DNA of 39,688 bases, taken from NCBI GenBank assembly GCA_020024075.1, contig JAHHUJ010000001.1, forward strand, positions 1-39,688, written 5' to 3'. The notes beneath the pieces were generated by a model that searched no databases, was not told the DNA's origin, and saw only the letters and a list, made by a program, of their open reading frames with translations. Of this stretch, positions 10,326 to 20,573 are shown piece after piece. Position 1 is the first letter of the stretch, and each line of letters opens with the position of its first letter. The DNA comes from Psychrobacter sp. Its GTDB lineage: Bacteria; Pseudomonadota; Gammaproteobacteria; Pseudomonadales; Moraxellaceae. The position numbers were made by a program, and so were the translations under genes.

Positions 10326-10388
10326 CTTTATGCTTTATAGTTAATGATTAATCATAAAAATAATTGATCATTAAAAATAAAGTAAGAG

Positions 10389-10420
10389 AAAAGGCCGTAT
10401 ATATGTTATACGGCCTTTTT
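10389..10420. terminator. Bidirectional terminator between ftsW and gluQ
   Basis: AAAAGGCCGTATA...TATACGGCCTTTTT. Confidence 0.85.
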
Positions 10421-10458
10421 ATTTGTGGTTTATTTGCTGTGTCAGGCTTAGATGAGAG

Positions 10459-11421
10459 CTATACTTTACCTAGCACGCTTTGATGCTGTAAGGGATCTAA
10501 GCGCCACTGTGCGATGGCTTGCTGTAACATGACCTCTGGCTTATCTAGCTCTACTGCCGGCTGTTTGAGCAAGGTTAGTGCCTTTTGAATTAGGTTTTGA
10601 CACTTCGGTAGGGTTAGGGTATCAATGGGGGTGGCTAGGTTTTGTTTTGATAGCTTTTGACCGTAGTGATTTTCTACCAAAGGTAGGTGATACCAGTGCT
10701 CAACAGCTGGCAAGTTTAGATAACGCATAATGGAGATTTGTGCCGTAGTTAAGGGCAAAATATCTAAGCCACGCATAACATGGGTAATGCCTTGGAGACC
10801 ATCATCAATACTGGCTGCCAAGAAGTAATTAATAGTACCATCTGCCCGGCGTAACACCACATCTCCTAAGCTTTGCTGGGGATTGGACCACTGTATGCCC
10901 TGAATACCATCTATAAATCCGATGCTGTGATTGGGCAACTGAATTCTTACCTTTTTATCCGTTAAATGCTGTATTTTTTGTTGCTTGTACAATAGCTTAT
11001 TGGAGTCATAAGCTGCAGTCTTAGGGTCTGGTAAACAAAATCTGGGATATATTTCATAGTCAGCTAAAGCTTTTCGTGAGCAGCGGCAACCATAAACATA
11101 AGGTAATAGCTGATCATACAATAGCTCATTATAGCTATCTACACGCGCGGATTGATACCAAATATCACCATCCCAATGTAGGCCTAAATTTTCTAAATCT
11201 ATTAGAATTTGTTCGCTAAATTTGGCATTGCAGCGCTGAGAGTCAGTATCTTCAATACGCAGTAGCCAAGCTCCATTGAGGGATTTGATGTGGCAATAAC
11301 TGGCAATGGCTGTGGTCAGTGAGCCAAGATGCAAGGCACCAGTGGGTGAGGGAGCAAAACGGCCCATAACTGGCCTATAAATAGGACAGGCAATGGGCCG
11401 TTCATCGTTAGATATCGTCAT
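10459..11421 (-). CDS. gluQ: Glutamyl-Q tRNA(Asp) synthetase
   Basis: [32 protein letters not shown], no anticodon-binding domain; downstream of dksA; start moved to ATG 11421 to avoid overlap with dksA. Confidence 0.92.
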   Translation of the reverse strand: MTISNDERPIACPIYRPVMGRFAPSPTGALHLGSLTTAIASYCHIKSLNGAWLLRIEDTDSQRCNAKFSEQILIDLENLGLHWDGDIWYQSARVDSYNELLYDQLLPYVYGCRCSRKALADYEIYPRFCLPDPKTAAYDSNKLLYKQQKIQHLTDKKVRIQLPNHSIGFIDGIQGIQWSNPQQSLGDVVLRRADGTINYFLAASIDDGLQGITHVMRGLDILPLTTAQISIMRYLNLPAVEHWYHLPLVENHYGQKLSKQNLATPIDTLTLPKCQNLIQKALTLLKQPAVELDKPEVMLQQAIAQWRLDPLQHQSVLGKV

Positions 11422-11465
11422 AGACAGAAGGCAGTCGTTAACAGTTACTAATAACTGATAGTGAC

Positions 11466-11903
11466 TTAAGAGTGACCCCAGTTTTGACGTTCTTTGATTT
11501 CTGCTAGCGTTTTGCAGTCGATACACTGAGTTGCGGTAGGACGGGCTTCCAAACGGCGCAAGCCAATCTCAACACCACAAGTTTCACAAAAACCATAATC
11601 GCCATTTCTGATCTCTGACAATGATTTATCGATTTTGCGAATTAACTTACGTTCGCGATCACGAGTACGCAGCGCTAGAGCAAACTCTTCTTCTTGAGTG
11701 GCTCTATCGTTGGTGTCTGATAGAGCAGCAGACTCATCTTGAATGTAGGTCTTAGTGCTTTCAGCATCACCTGCCAACTGTAGCTTCCATGCTTTAAGAA
11801 TGTTCTCAAAATGGGTAAGTTGAGCCTCAGACATATACTCTTCATCTGTGCCAACTTCGTACGGCTTAAAGTTTGTTAGGTCGTCAATAGCATTTTGACT
11901 CAT
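11466..11903 (-). CDS. dksA: RNA polymerase-binding transcription factor DksA
   Basis: [11 protein letters not shown] coiled-coil tip, CETC...CIDC zinc finger. Confidence 0.96.
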   Translation of the reverse strand: MSQNAIDDLTNFKPYEVGTDEEYMSEAQLTHFENILKAWKLQLAGDAESTKTYIQDESAALSDTNDRATQEEEFALALRTRDRERKLIRKIDKSLSEIRNGDYGFCETCGVEIGLRRLEARPTATQCIDCKTLAEIKERQNWGHS

Positions 11904-12044
11904 GACAGTTTCCTATATCCATGTAGTAGGGGGTGCCAAATTTAATAATTGACTCTTATATCACATTTTTTTTGTTATTGCGAGAAGTATTATATAAAGC
12001 CTTCTGACAGCTTTATCAATAGTCTGCAGACAATTAGATCCACC

Positions 12045-12917
12045 TCAAGCCTTTTTATTCTCTAGCCTAGTTATCAGCCTAGTTATCCAGCTTTTTATAG
12101 TGCCTTGTTTTTGTAAGCTTAACCAGCGGTAGCCGGGCACTGCTTGGTCATCAAGAGCAAAGTCATCAGACTTTGGCTTAAATTGATAACAGGTAGACGG
12201 AGTAGCATACACTTTGACTCCGGCTCTTTGAGATTCAAAATTTTGATGTACATGGCCACTCACTACTGCTTTCACTGTGGGGTGAGTCTCAACCAGTTGC
12301 CAAAAGGCTTCAGCATCTTGAGTGATGTGCTGATCAATCCAAGTAGAGTCCATTGGCAGCACGTGATGATGCATGGCAATTATGACAGGATGATGACTAT
12401 TTGCTAAGTTTTGCGATAGCCAGTTTAGATTTTTGTTACCCACAGCTCCGTAAATTTTGCCAGGAACACTACTGTCTATTAACAGTAAGTGCCACTCATT
12501 TAAAGCAAGGCAGTAATTCGATAGTAGCATAGGATTTGGTTCATGGGTTACAAATTGGCGATGAGAGAAGGGCAGGTGGGTATTTAACTCGTCGGTGACA
12601 TCATGATTACCTGCTATGCAAACAAAGGCAATGCCAGTCTGTGCCAGCAATTGAAAAATCTTTTGATAAATCTCAGGCTTAACCTCATTTACCAAATCTC
12701 CGCTTAACAAAATCAAGTCACAGCGAATATCTTCATTTAACGCCTGATGCAGACAAGCAGTAAAACTCTGATAGTTATTGATACCAGCTGTTTTGGTATC
12801 AGGATTTAGATATAAGTGCGGATCGGTTAGCTGTAGAATATTAACCACACCATCCTCAGTGGTTATCTGGGTTGGAGGGTAGTTGACGGGGTCGATAGGG
12901 TCTTGAGGAATAGACAT
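12045..12917 (-). CDS. cpdA: 3',5'-cyclic-AMP phosphodiesterase (metallophosphoesterase)
   Basis: TDPHL, GDLV, GNHD, HHH, GHVHQ, TPSTCYQF; start probably ATG 12917. Confidence 0.85.
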   Translation of the reverse strand: MSIPQDPIDPVNYPPTQITTEDGVVNILQLTDPHLYLNPDTKTAGINNYQSFTACLHQALNEDIRCDLILLSGDLVNEVKPEIYQKIFQLLAQTGIAFVCIAGNHDVTDELNTHLPFSHRQFVTHEPNPMLLSNYCLALNEWHLLLIDSSVPGKIYGAVGNKNLNWLSQNLANSHHPVIIAMHHHVLPMDSTWIDQHITQDAEAFWQLVETHPTVKAVVSGHVHQNFESQRAGVKVYATPSTCYQFKPKSDDFALDDQAVPGYRWLSLQKQGTIKSWITRLITRLENKKA

Positions 12918-12975
12918 AACAGACCTTTTATTCACTGTTAGTATAGGGGCTTTGGTTTGGGGTGTTGGAGCACAA

Positions 12976-13770
12976 TTAAGTGGCTCGTGACACAATAAAC
13001 GCCATAAAAAACACCATGGCTAAGCCCAGTACGATTGCCAATCCGGTTTGGATATCAAATAAGACACTGCCCCAAACCCCACCGGTTACTGCAAACTGTG
13101 CCAAAATAATCGAAAAAACAACCATCTGCTTGGGGGAGTGAGCCCAAAGTCTGGCGGTGAGTGCTGGCAAAATCAATAAGCCACTAATTAATAGGCTTCC
13201 GACTGCTTGAAGGGCTAAAGCACAAAATCCTGCTAAGATTCCCATAAAAAATAGCCGTTGCCGAGTGGCATTTATTCCAGAGACCTGAGCCAAATCACTG
13301 TGTGTTGCTAGAATAACTTGTTGGCGCCAAATATAAACTAAAAAAGCAATGCCTAGCGCGACACAGACAGACAAAAGAGGTAAGTCGCTCCAGCCCACCT
13401 CCAATAGATTACCAAATAGATAACCTAAGACATTGGCCTGCATTTGGGTTAAATGGGTTAAAGTTAATAAGCCCAAACACAGCATAGATACCGAAACGAC
13501 AGCCAATATGGCATCACTGGGCAAGCGCTCATCTTCTAGAAACATTAAAGCGATGACCACCATGACACTCACCAAAGCGATACCTATGCCGAAGGGCAGT
13601 TGCCATAGAGCCGCTAACGCCACCCCAAATAGAGTGCCGTGTGCTAAGGCATCAGCAAAAAAGGACATTCGTCGCCACAGGACAAGACAGCCTAAAGGGG
13701 CGGATAATAAGGCCAACAAGCTGCCGGCAATCCAAGCGGGGGCTATAATATCGAGCCATTCAACTAGCAT
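12976..13770 (-). CDS. znuB: Zinc ABC transporter permease
   Basis: LGCLVLWRRMSFFADALAH, YLFG, VGSLLISGLLILP. Confidence 0.92.
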   Translation of the reverse strand: MLVEWLDIIAPAWIAGSLLALLSAPLGCLVLWRRMSFFADALAHGTLFGVALAALWQLPFGIGIALVSVMVVIALMFLEDERLPSDAILAVVSVSMLCLGLLTLTHLTQMQANVLGYLFGNLLEVGWSDLPLLSVCVALGIAFLVYIWRQQVILATHSDLAQVSGINATRQRLFFMGILAGFCALALQAVGSLLISGLLILPALTARLWAHSPKQMVVFSIILAQFAVTGGVWGSVLFDIQTGLAIVLGLAMVFFMAFIVSRAT

Positions 13771-13823
13771 ACGAGCGGTATTCCACAAAAGTTTGTTATG
13801 TTAAGAGTGTGAGTGTTCTTTGA

Positions 13824-13869
13824 GGTAACTGTTTTTAAGGTAGCCGTTTTTTATGGTAACTGTTTTTAA
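13824..13869. repeat. Three degenerate tandem copies of GGTAACTGTTTTTAA
   Basis: ggtaactgtttttaa / ggtagccgttttttat / ggtaactgtttttaa. Confidence 0.75.
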
Positions 13870-13914
13870 TTTTTAAAGTACAGGCAGTTATCACTTCTGG
13901 TAGCAGGCTATGCA

Positions 13915-14841
13915 TTAATGGGCGTGTGGGCCATGATGCTGGCAGTCATGTGGCTTATGAATATAAGGCTGCTCGTACTGATGACCAAAAAGCTTTTTGA
14001 ATTCTTGGGATACCTCAAGATCGCTTGGCTGGCCTTCACAGCAGATATGCTTATTTAAGCAAATTACTCGGCGACTGCCACGCATCACCCAATGTAAGTC
14101 GTGTGACACCACAACCATTGCACATTGTAAAAACTCAGGTAAATCGTCAATAAACTCATACAGCCAGCGCTCACTTTCAGGGTCTAAGCCTTGCATAGGC
14201 TCATCCAAGATAAGCAAGTTAGGCTTCGACAATAAAGAACGAGCCAATAAGATACGCTGGGTTTCACCACCTGAAAGATGAATTACTTGTTTTTTTAACA
14301 ATGGGACTATTGATAGGCGCTGATATAAAAAATCTTGTTCACTTGCACAGAGTCTTTTTTGTGTTTGTGCTAATAAATCTTGAACCCGTAGGGGCAAAAT
14401 AGCCGGCACAGTGAACTTTTGGGGGACATAGCCTAGTTGCAGATTGCTATGACGGTGAATCTGTCCTGAGGTGGGCTGAATTAATCCTAAAATCAGCTTC
14501 ATCAAAGTAGATTTCCCAGCACCATTGGGACCGATAACGCTGATTTTTTCGTTTGGCAAGATCTGCAAGCTAATGTCGCTTAATAGCACTCTGGACTGAG
14601 AGTCTGCTGAGCTTTTTTCAGCTGTTTTTGCCGAACGTGCTCCGCTAAGCCAACCGCTTAATTTAGAACCTGATAGCTCCCTATTAGTGTGAGAGTTCGT
14701 AGTAGTTAAGCTGGACAGGTTAGACTTGCTTAGACCACGGGTACTCACTTCAAACCCAACATGACTAAGTGTCATTAGCGGTATTGACTTAGTGTCAACT
14801 TGATGGGCTGGCTCTGAGGAAGTTTCGCGGGTTACAGACAT
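13915..14841 (-). CDS. znuC: Zinc ABC transporter ATP-binding protein
   Basis: GPNGAGKST, LSGGE, LILDEP, VSHDL, CLNKHICCEG, His-rich tail. Confidence 0.93.
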   Translation of the reverse strand: MSVTRETSSEPAHQVDTKSIPLMTLSHVGFEVSTRGLSKSNLSSLTTTNSHTNRELSGSKLSGWLSGARSAKTAEKSSADSQSRVLLSDISLQILPNEKISVIGPNGAGKSTLMKLILGLIQPTSGQIHRHSNLQLGYVPQKFTVPAILPLRVQDLLAQTQKRLCASEQDFLYQRLSIVPLLKKQVIHLSGGETQRILLARSLLSKPNLLILDEPMQGLDPESERWLYEFIDDLPEFLQCAMVVVSHDLHWVMRGSRRVICLNKHICCEGQPSDLEVSQEFKKLFGHQYEQPYIHKPHDCQHHGPHAH

Positions 14842-14844
14842 GAG

Positions 14845-15426
14845 TTAAGCGTCCTCTGAGATATGAGAAGATACCGGTGAGCAGGTTTGACACAGGCCTT
14901 TTAGTTCCATCACACTTTGCTCAACTTTAAATCCCACCTCGTTTTTGACATAGCCGACAATCTCTTGAACCGGTAAGCCACTAAATTCCTGAACACGCTG
15001 ACAGTCATTACATAATAAAAAAACAGCATTGTGCTCATCGCGAGGGTGACAACAAGGCACAAACGCATTAATCGATGTCAACTGATGAATAAAGCCTAGC
15101 TCCAATAAAAACTCTAGAGTGCGATAGATGGTTGGGGGAGCCACCATTTTCGCCTTATCTCCTGCTTGCTTTTCACGGTCTTGTTGCAGGCTTTGAATTA
15201 AGTCATAAGCGCCGAGAGGTTTATCTGATTCCAAAATTAGCTGATACACAGTACGTCGTAAAGGGGTAAATCTAGCCTGCTTGTCAGTACAGATTTGCTT
15301 CGCCGTTTGTAGGCGCTGATTAATCTCTTCAGGAGTCAAATCATGAACGTCATGTGAGTGTGCGCCCTGGTGTTCGCACGGCTGAACATGGGAAGCAGTA
15401 GAGGGGGTTGCAGCAGCATCAATCAT
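14845..15426 (-). CDS. zur: Zinc uptake regulator (Fur family)
   Basis: RFTPLR, GAYDL, PPTIYRTLEFL, CNDC and CQTC; ATG 15426 behind GAGG. Confidence 0.93.
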   Translation of the reverse strand: MIDAAATPSTASHVQPCEHQGAHSHDVHDLTPEEINQRLQTAKQICTDKQARFTPLRRTVYQLILESDKPLGAYDLIQSLQQDREKQAGDKAKMVAPPTIYRTLEFLLELGFIHQLTSINAFVPCCHPRDEHNAVFLLCNDCQRVQEFSGLPVQEIVGYVKNEVGFKVEQSVMELKGLCQTCSPVSSHISEDA

Positions 15427-15480
15427 AGATAACCTCAAACTAAGGTGTTATTTTTTTTAAAAAAGTCTTAATATTTAAAT

Positions 15481-15495
15481 TGTTATAGTATAACA
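15481..15495. promoter_or_regulatory. Zur box between divergent zur-znuCB and znuA
   Basis: Perfect 7-1-7 palindrome TGTTATA-G-TATAACA matching the gammaproteobacterial Zur consensus. Confidence 0.9.
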
Positions 15496-15565
15496 TATCT
15501 ACTATAAATCTTTTGTCCCTTTCATTTAAGAAAGTTTTTGTCTAATTTCATCAGCTGAGAATATT

Positions 15566-16612
15566 ATGTCCACAGTTAAGCACATCTCCTCTAGTTTTTT
15601 GTCTTTCAAACGTCTATTTGTAGGCAGTTTAGCCGCCTCTTTAATAGTGACAGCAGCTCCTTTAGCCAGTGCTGAAGATCATCACGATCATCATGAACAC
15701 AGCGACCTTGAGCATCATGACCATGATGACCATCACGATCATAACCATAATCCGAATCAGACAGTAGTCGCTCAAGGCTATGCGGACAAGTCACGACCCA
15801 GAATGACAGTCATTCCAGAGCATATCCGTAACAAGACTGACATTGCGGTTAGTAACTATCCTCTGTTTTTGTTAAGTGAGGCTGTGACTAAAGGCGCACC
15901 CTCTGGCAAGCTATTATTACAGCCAGGGGATGTTGGTCATCATGGTAGCCTAAGTCCAAGCGACATGAAAACCGTTAAAGACAGTCGCTATGTGGTTTGG
16001 TTTGGCAGTCAGTTAGAATCAAATTTAGTCAACTCTGTGGGTGAAAGCCCCAACAATATTAGTTTGTTCCGATTTAAAGCCTTCAATCATCTGCCCTTGC
16101 GTGATGTAAAAGGGCAACCAATTAAAGGGAGCTTAGACCCGCATATCTGGCTAGACCCAGATAACGCAAAAGCCATTACCCGCGCTTTGGGCTCTCTTTA
16201 TAGCCGAGCTAACCCTCAATATAAAGCAGTTTATGCTGCTAATGTAAAACAATTTGCAAAACAGATGGACAATGCAGTGGCACAAGTACAGAAAAATAGC
16301 CAAAAAACTCGACCTTACTGGGCATATCATGACGCTTTTGGTTATATCGAGTCCGCTTTGAATCTGCAACTAGCAGGAGCATTGACGCATGATCATCATC
16401 TGCCACCAAAAGCAAGTCAGTTTCATTGGTTAAATAAAAACCGTCCACAACCTACCATGTGTATTGTACTTCAGTCTGATAGCAATAAAGGCGCCATCGC
16501 TAAATTAAAACCAGCCAACAGCACAGTACAGCAAGAAGATATGAGTAATGCAAAAGACTTTATCTCAGGCTGGATGGCTGTGGCGAATGATATCAATAAC
16601 TGTGTTAAATAA
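15566..16612 (+). CDS. znuA: Zinc ABC transporter substrate-binding protein
   Basis: Signal peptide (ASA cleavage), His/Asp tract, DPHIWLDP, YHDAFGY; divergent from zur-znuCB. Confidence 0.9.
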   Translation: MSTVKHISSSFLSFKRLFVGSLAASLIVTAAPLASAEDHHDHHEHSDLEHHDHDDHHDHNHNPNQTVVAQGYADKSRPRMTVIPEHIRNKTDIAVSNYPLFLLSEAVTKGAPSGKLLLQPGDVGHHGSLSPSDMKTVKDSRYVVWFGSQLESNLVNSVGESPNNISLFRFKAFNHLPLRDVKGQPIKGSLDPHIWLDPDNAKAITRALGSLYSRANPQYKAVYAANVKQFAKQMDNAVAQVQKNSQKTRPYWAYHDAFGYIESALNLQLAGALTHDHHLPPKASQFHWLNKNRPQPTMCIVLQSDSNKGAIAKLKPANSTVQQEDMSNAKDFISGWMAVANDINNCVK

Positions 16613-16639
16613 ATCTGACTAAGCAGTGTTAATTAAACT

Positions 16640-16806
16640 AACGTACCCTCAAAAATTTAGCTACAATATTCCTACTACTTAGGTAATGATAGCAAGTTAG
16701 CTAGACAGCAAGTTAAGCTCTTGTTATTTTATTAAGCTTCTATCTTGTTATCTTAAGCTTTTAGTCATTAGCTGTTATCATTAGGTGGCTAGTTCAGGGG
16801 TACGTT
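16640..16806 (+). other. Long nested imperfect inverted repeat; candidate structured RNA
   Basis: Three nested helices (10, 7 and 11 bp) whose only mismatches are G-U on the + strand. Confidence 0.5.
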
Positions 16807-16825
16807 GTTAGTGCTTGGTAATTTA

Positions 16826-16884
16826 TTAACTATATCTCAAACAGGTTAACTATATCTCGAACAAGTTAACTATATCTCAAACAG
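16826..16884. repeat. Three tandem 20-bp repeats TTAACTATATCTC(A/G)AACA(G/A)G
   Basis: Units start at 16826, 16846, 16866. Confidence 0.9.
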
Positions 16885-16946
16885 TTAATAACTATTACTT
16901 ACAGATATGCATAAAAAAAGTATTTGACAAAAGAATCTTTTTTTTC

Positions 16947-16975
16947 TTGCTTTACCCCTAAGGCCTCATTATAAT
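16947..16975 (+). promoter_or_regulatory. Sigma70 promoter of atpI
   Basis: TTGCTT-17 bp-TATAAT. Confidence 0.75.
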
Positions 16976-17003
16976 AGTCGGCGTTTTGTGTTATAGAAAA
17001 GTC

Positions 17004-17438
17004 ATGACTACTCATTCCAATACGCCACTACGAGCGTCAGAACGTAAACAGCTACAACGAGTTCAGTTAAGACGACAAGCCCGGCTTAGGTCGAGCAGTC
17101 TATTAATCATTATCGTTATGGCTTGGCTATTAGACATGACTTTGTTTAAAAGCAGCTTGCTTATCCCTAAAGGGGTGGCGTTAGGGGCTTTTATTAACTG
17201 GTTTGCTCAGAGTGTCTTTGCTTGGTTTGCTTTTCGATATAGCGGAGCACAAGCCAGACAGGCCATCGTTGGTCAACTCTATCTGGGTCAGATTATTAAG
17301 TGGTTTGTGGTTATGCTGGGTTTTGCCTTAGTGTTTATCACTATACAACCCATTTCTGCTGGTGCTGTCATATTTGGATTTATTGCAATGCAAATAGGAC
17401 ACTTTATAAGCCTCTGGCAGATACGCAGAAATAGTTAA
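17004..17438 (+). CDS. atpI: ATP synthase protein I
   Basis: Four hydrophobic segments, LYLGQIIKW motif, first gene before atpB; ATG 17004 preferred. Confidence 0.85.
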   Translation: MTTHSNTPLRASERKQLQRVQLRRQARLRSSSLLIIIVMAWLLDMTLFKSSLLIPKGVALGAFINWFAQSVFAWFAFRYSGAQARQAIVGQLYLGQIIKWFVVMLGFALVFITIQPISAGAVIFGFIAMQIGHFISLWQIRRNS

Positions 17439-17883
17439 AATAGCTTACAAAATCACCACAGCAGATTAATACTATTTATTATGAAGCCCACACGTGGTAT
17501 TTTAGGGTTCATATCAGTGCAATAGTAAGATATTAAAAAATTGCAGCAGTATCAAAAAAACATAATTGTTATCCGTCATTGTAATCAATTCAGTCATTGT
17601 AACCAGAATTGTTACAAAACCAGCAAATCAGTGTATGATACGCGGCAAGTTCTATCAAAAAATTTAGTAGATTTCTAATTTTATAAAAAATACAGAAAGG
17701 TTGTGTTAAAAAAATAAACGTTTTCTTTACACTTATACCTTGCTGCATTAATATAAGGGCAGAAATAATTGAGCACCAAATTTATTTAGCAAAGTATAAG
17801 TAAGTAAAGTAGTTAAATCTTCAGTAACAAAGTATTTTTTGCTAAATAAATTAATGGTTAACACAAACTTATAAGAAGCTTAG

Positions 17884-18753
<870 letters not shown>

Positions 18754-18780
18754 TTAGTTAGATTTTTCATCAATCAATAG

Positions 18781-19044
<264 letters not shown>

Positions 19045-19149
19045 TTTAAACATCAGTGACCCCTGTTGACCATTCGCAATTATTTGGAATGATATGTCAG
19101 ATATCGAATGGTCAATGATACTGATTTTTATTAATAAAGAGGTGATCGT

Positions 19150-19620
19150 GTGAATATTAATCTAACCCTAATCGGTCAGTCCATAGCGTTTGCAATATTT
19201 GTTTTATTTTGCATGAAGTTTATTTGGCCTGCTTTAATGGGTGCCATTGAAGAGCGTCAGCAAAAAATAGCTGAAGGCCTTAATGCCGCCGAAAAAGCAA
19301 AGTCAGACTTAGCAAATGCTGAACAATCAGTTGAGCAAGAGCTTGCAACAGCAAAAGTTAAAGCTGCTGCACTGATTGAACAAGCAAATAAAAGCGCTAA
19401 CCAGCTTATCGAAGAAGCAAAAGCACAGGCAGAAATTGAAGGCGAACGTATTCGTCAGCAAGCCCGTGAGTCAATCGATCTTGAAATTAATCAAGCACGC
19501 GAAGGTTTACGCAGCCAAGTGTCTGAGCTTGCAGTACTAGGTGCTGAACAAATTCTAAAAGACAAAGTTGATGCGCAGCAACATGCCAAAATGCTAGAAG
19601 AGTTGGCAGCTAAGCTTTAA
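19150..19620 (+). CDS. atpF: F0F1 ATP synthase subunit b
   Basis: [15 protein letters not shown], long helix; GTG start after GAGGTG. Confidence 0.97.
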   Translation: MNINLTLIGQSIAFAIFVLFCMKFIWPALMGAIEERQQKIAEGLNAAEKAKSDLANAEQSVEQELATAKVKAAALIEQANKSANQLIEEAKAQAEIEGERIRQQARESIDLEINQAREGLRSQVSELAVLGAEQILKDKVDAQQHAKMLEELAAKL

Positions 19621-19824
19621 GTGGTAAATTTAAGTCTTAATATCTATTGTTGATGAGCTGAAGTGACTCAGCTTCAGCTTTATAGAATCTCATAATAAAC
19701 TGCTTTGGCAGTAGTTATGGTTTTATAACCTAACGATAGTAGGGCTCTTTATCCCTAATCAACTTCTTATACCTGGTTTGTTTTATATAAAGTTTTTCAT
19801 CAAATATGTGGCTAAGAGGACATA

Positions 19825-20403
19825 ATGGCTGAATTATCTACACTAGCGAGACCCTATGCCAAGGCAGCATTTGATTATGCGCATGAAAACTCAGTCATTG
19901 GTGAGTGGGAAGATTTCTTGCTGATCGCAAGTAGCGTGGTCGGTGATTCTGCCTTTGTGCATATGCTAGATAACCCCGCTGTTACTGCTGACCAAAAAGC
20001 TGAAGCACTAATCAGCATCTATGATGAACACGCAACCTCTACTCAGGGGCAGTCGTCTAATCAATTATCAGTAGCAACAACACCCATCAAAAACTTTGTG
20101 CATCAACTTGCCGAACAAGAGCGTTTGAGCCTATTACCACAGGTATTAGAGCAATACCGTTTACATCGCGCTAAAGCACTTAAGCAAGTAAACGTATACG
20201 TAACGTCTGCCTATCCGTTAGACGACGCACAACGTACTATGATTCAAAGTCGATTAGAACAATCACTAAATGCATCTGTGATTCTTCATGAAGATGTAGA
20301 TCCTAGTTTATTAGCGGGTGCCACCATTAAAATTGGCGACAAGCTTGTTGATGACTCGGTGCGTGGAAAATTAAAACAGTTAAAAACACAGCTAACTGCT
20401 TAA
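19825..20403 (+). CDS. atpH: F0F1 ATP synthase subunit delta
   Basis: [26 protein letters not shown]. Confidence 0.96.
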   Translation: MAELSTLARPYAKAAFDYAHENSVIGEWEDFLLIASSVVGDSAFVHMLDNPAVTADQKAEALISIYDEHATSTQGQSSNQLSVATTPIKNFVHQLAEQERLSLLPQVLEQYRLHRAKALKQVNVYVTSAYPLDDAQRTMIQSRLEQSLNASVILHEDVDPSLLAGATIKIGDKLVDDSVRGKLKQLKTQLTA

Positions 20404-20573
20404 CGCATTATTAATAATAATGATAGTTGATGTTGCTTATTAGTTAACCTGTAATCAAAATAAATTATCATTAAAAGCTTAATTTACATTTTATCTTTAA
20501 CACATTTTTAGAAGATTTTAAGCTTTATATCCGGCGAGTAAGCAGGCAATCACAAATTAAAGGAAACAAGGCA

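Noticed and set aside
11422..11526. Extended gluQ N-terminus overlapping dksA
   Set aside because: Longest-ORF artefact; ATG 11421 gives a normal-sized protein without overlap
16640..16806. 6S RNA (rod shape, CCCCTGAAC on the minus strand)
   Set aside because: AT-rich, lacks other recognisable 6S motifs, and lacks the usual zapA/ygfA context; left as an unassigned structure
16826..16884. CRISPR array or plasmid iterons
   Set aside because: Repeats are contiguous with no spacers, and no cas or rep gene is present
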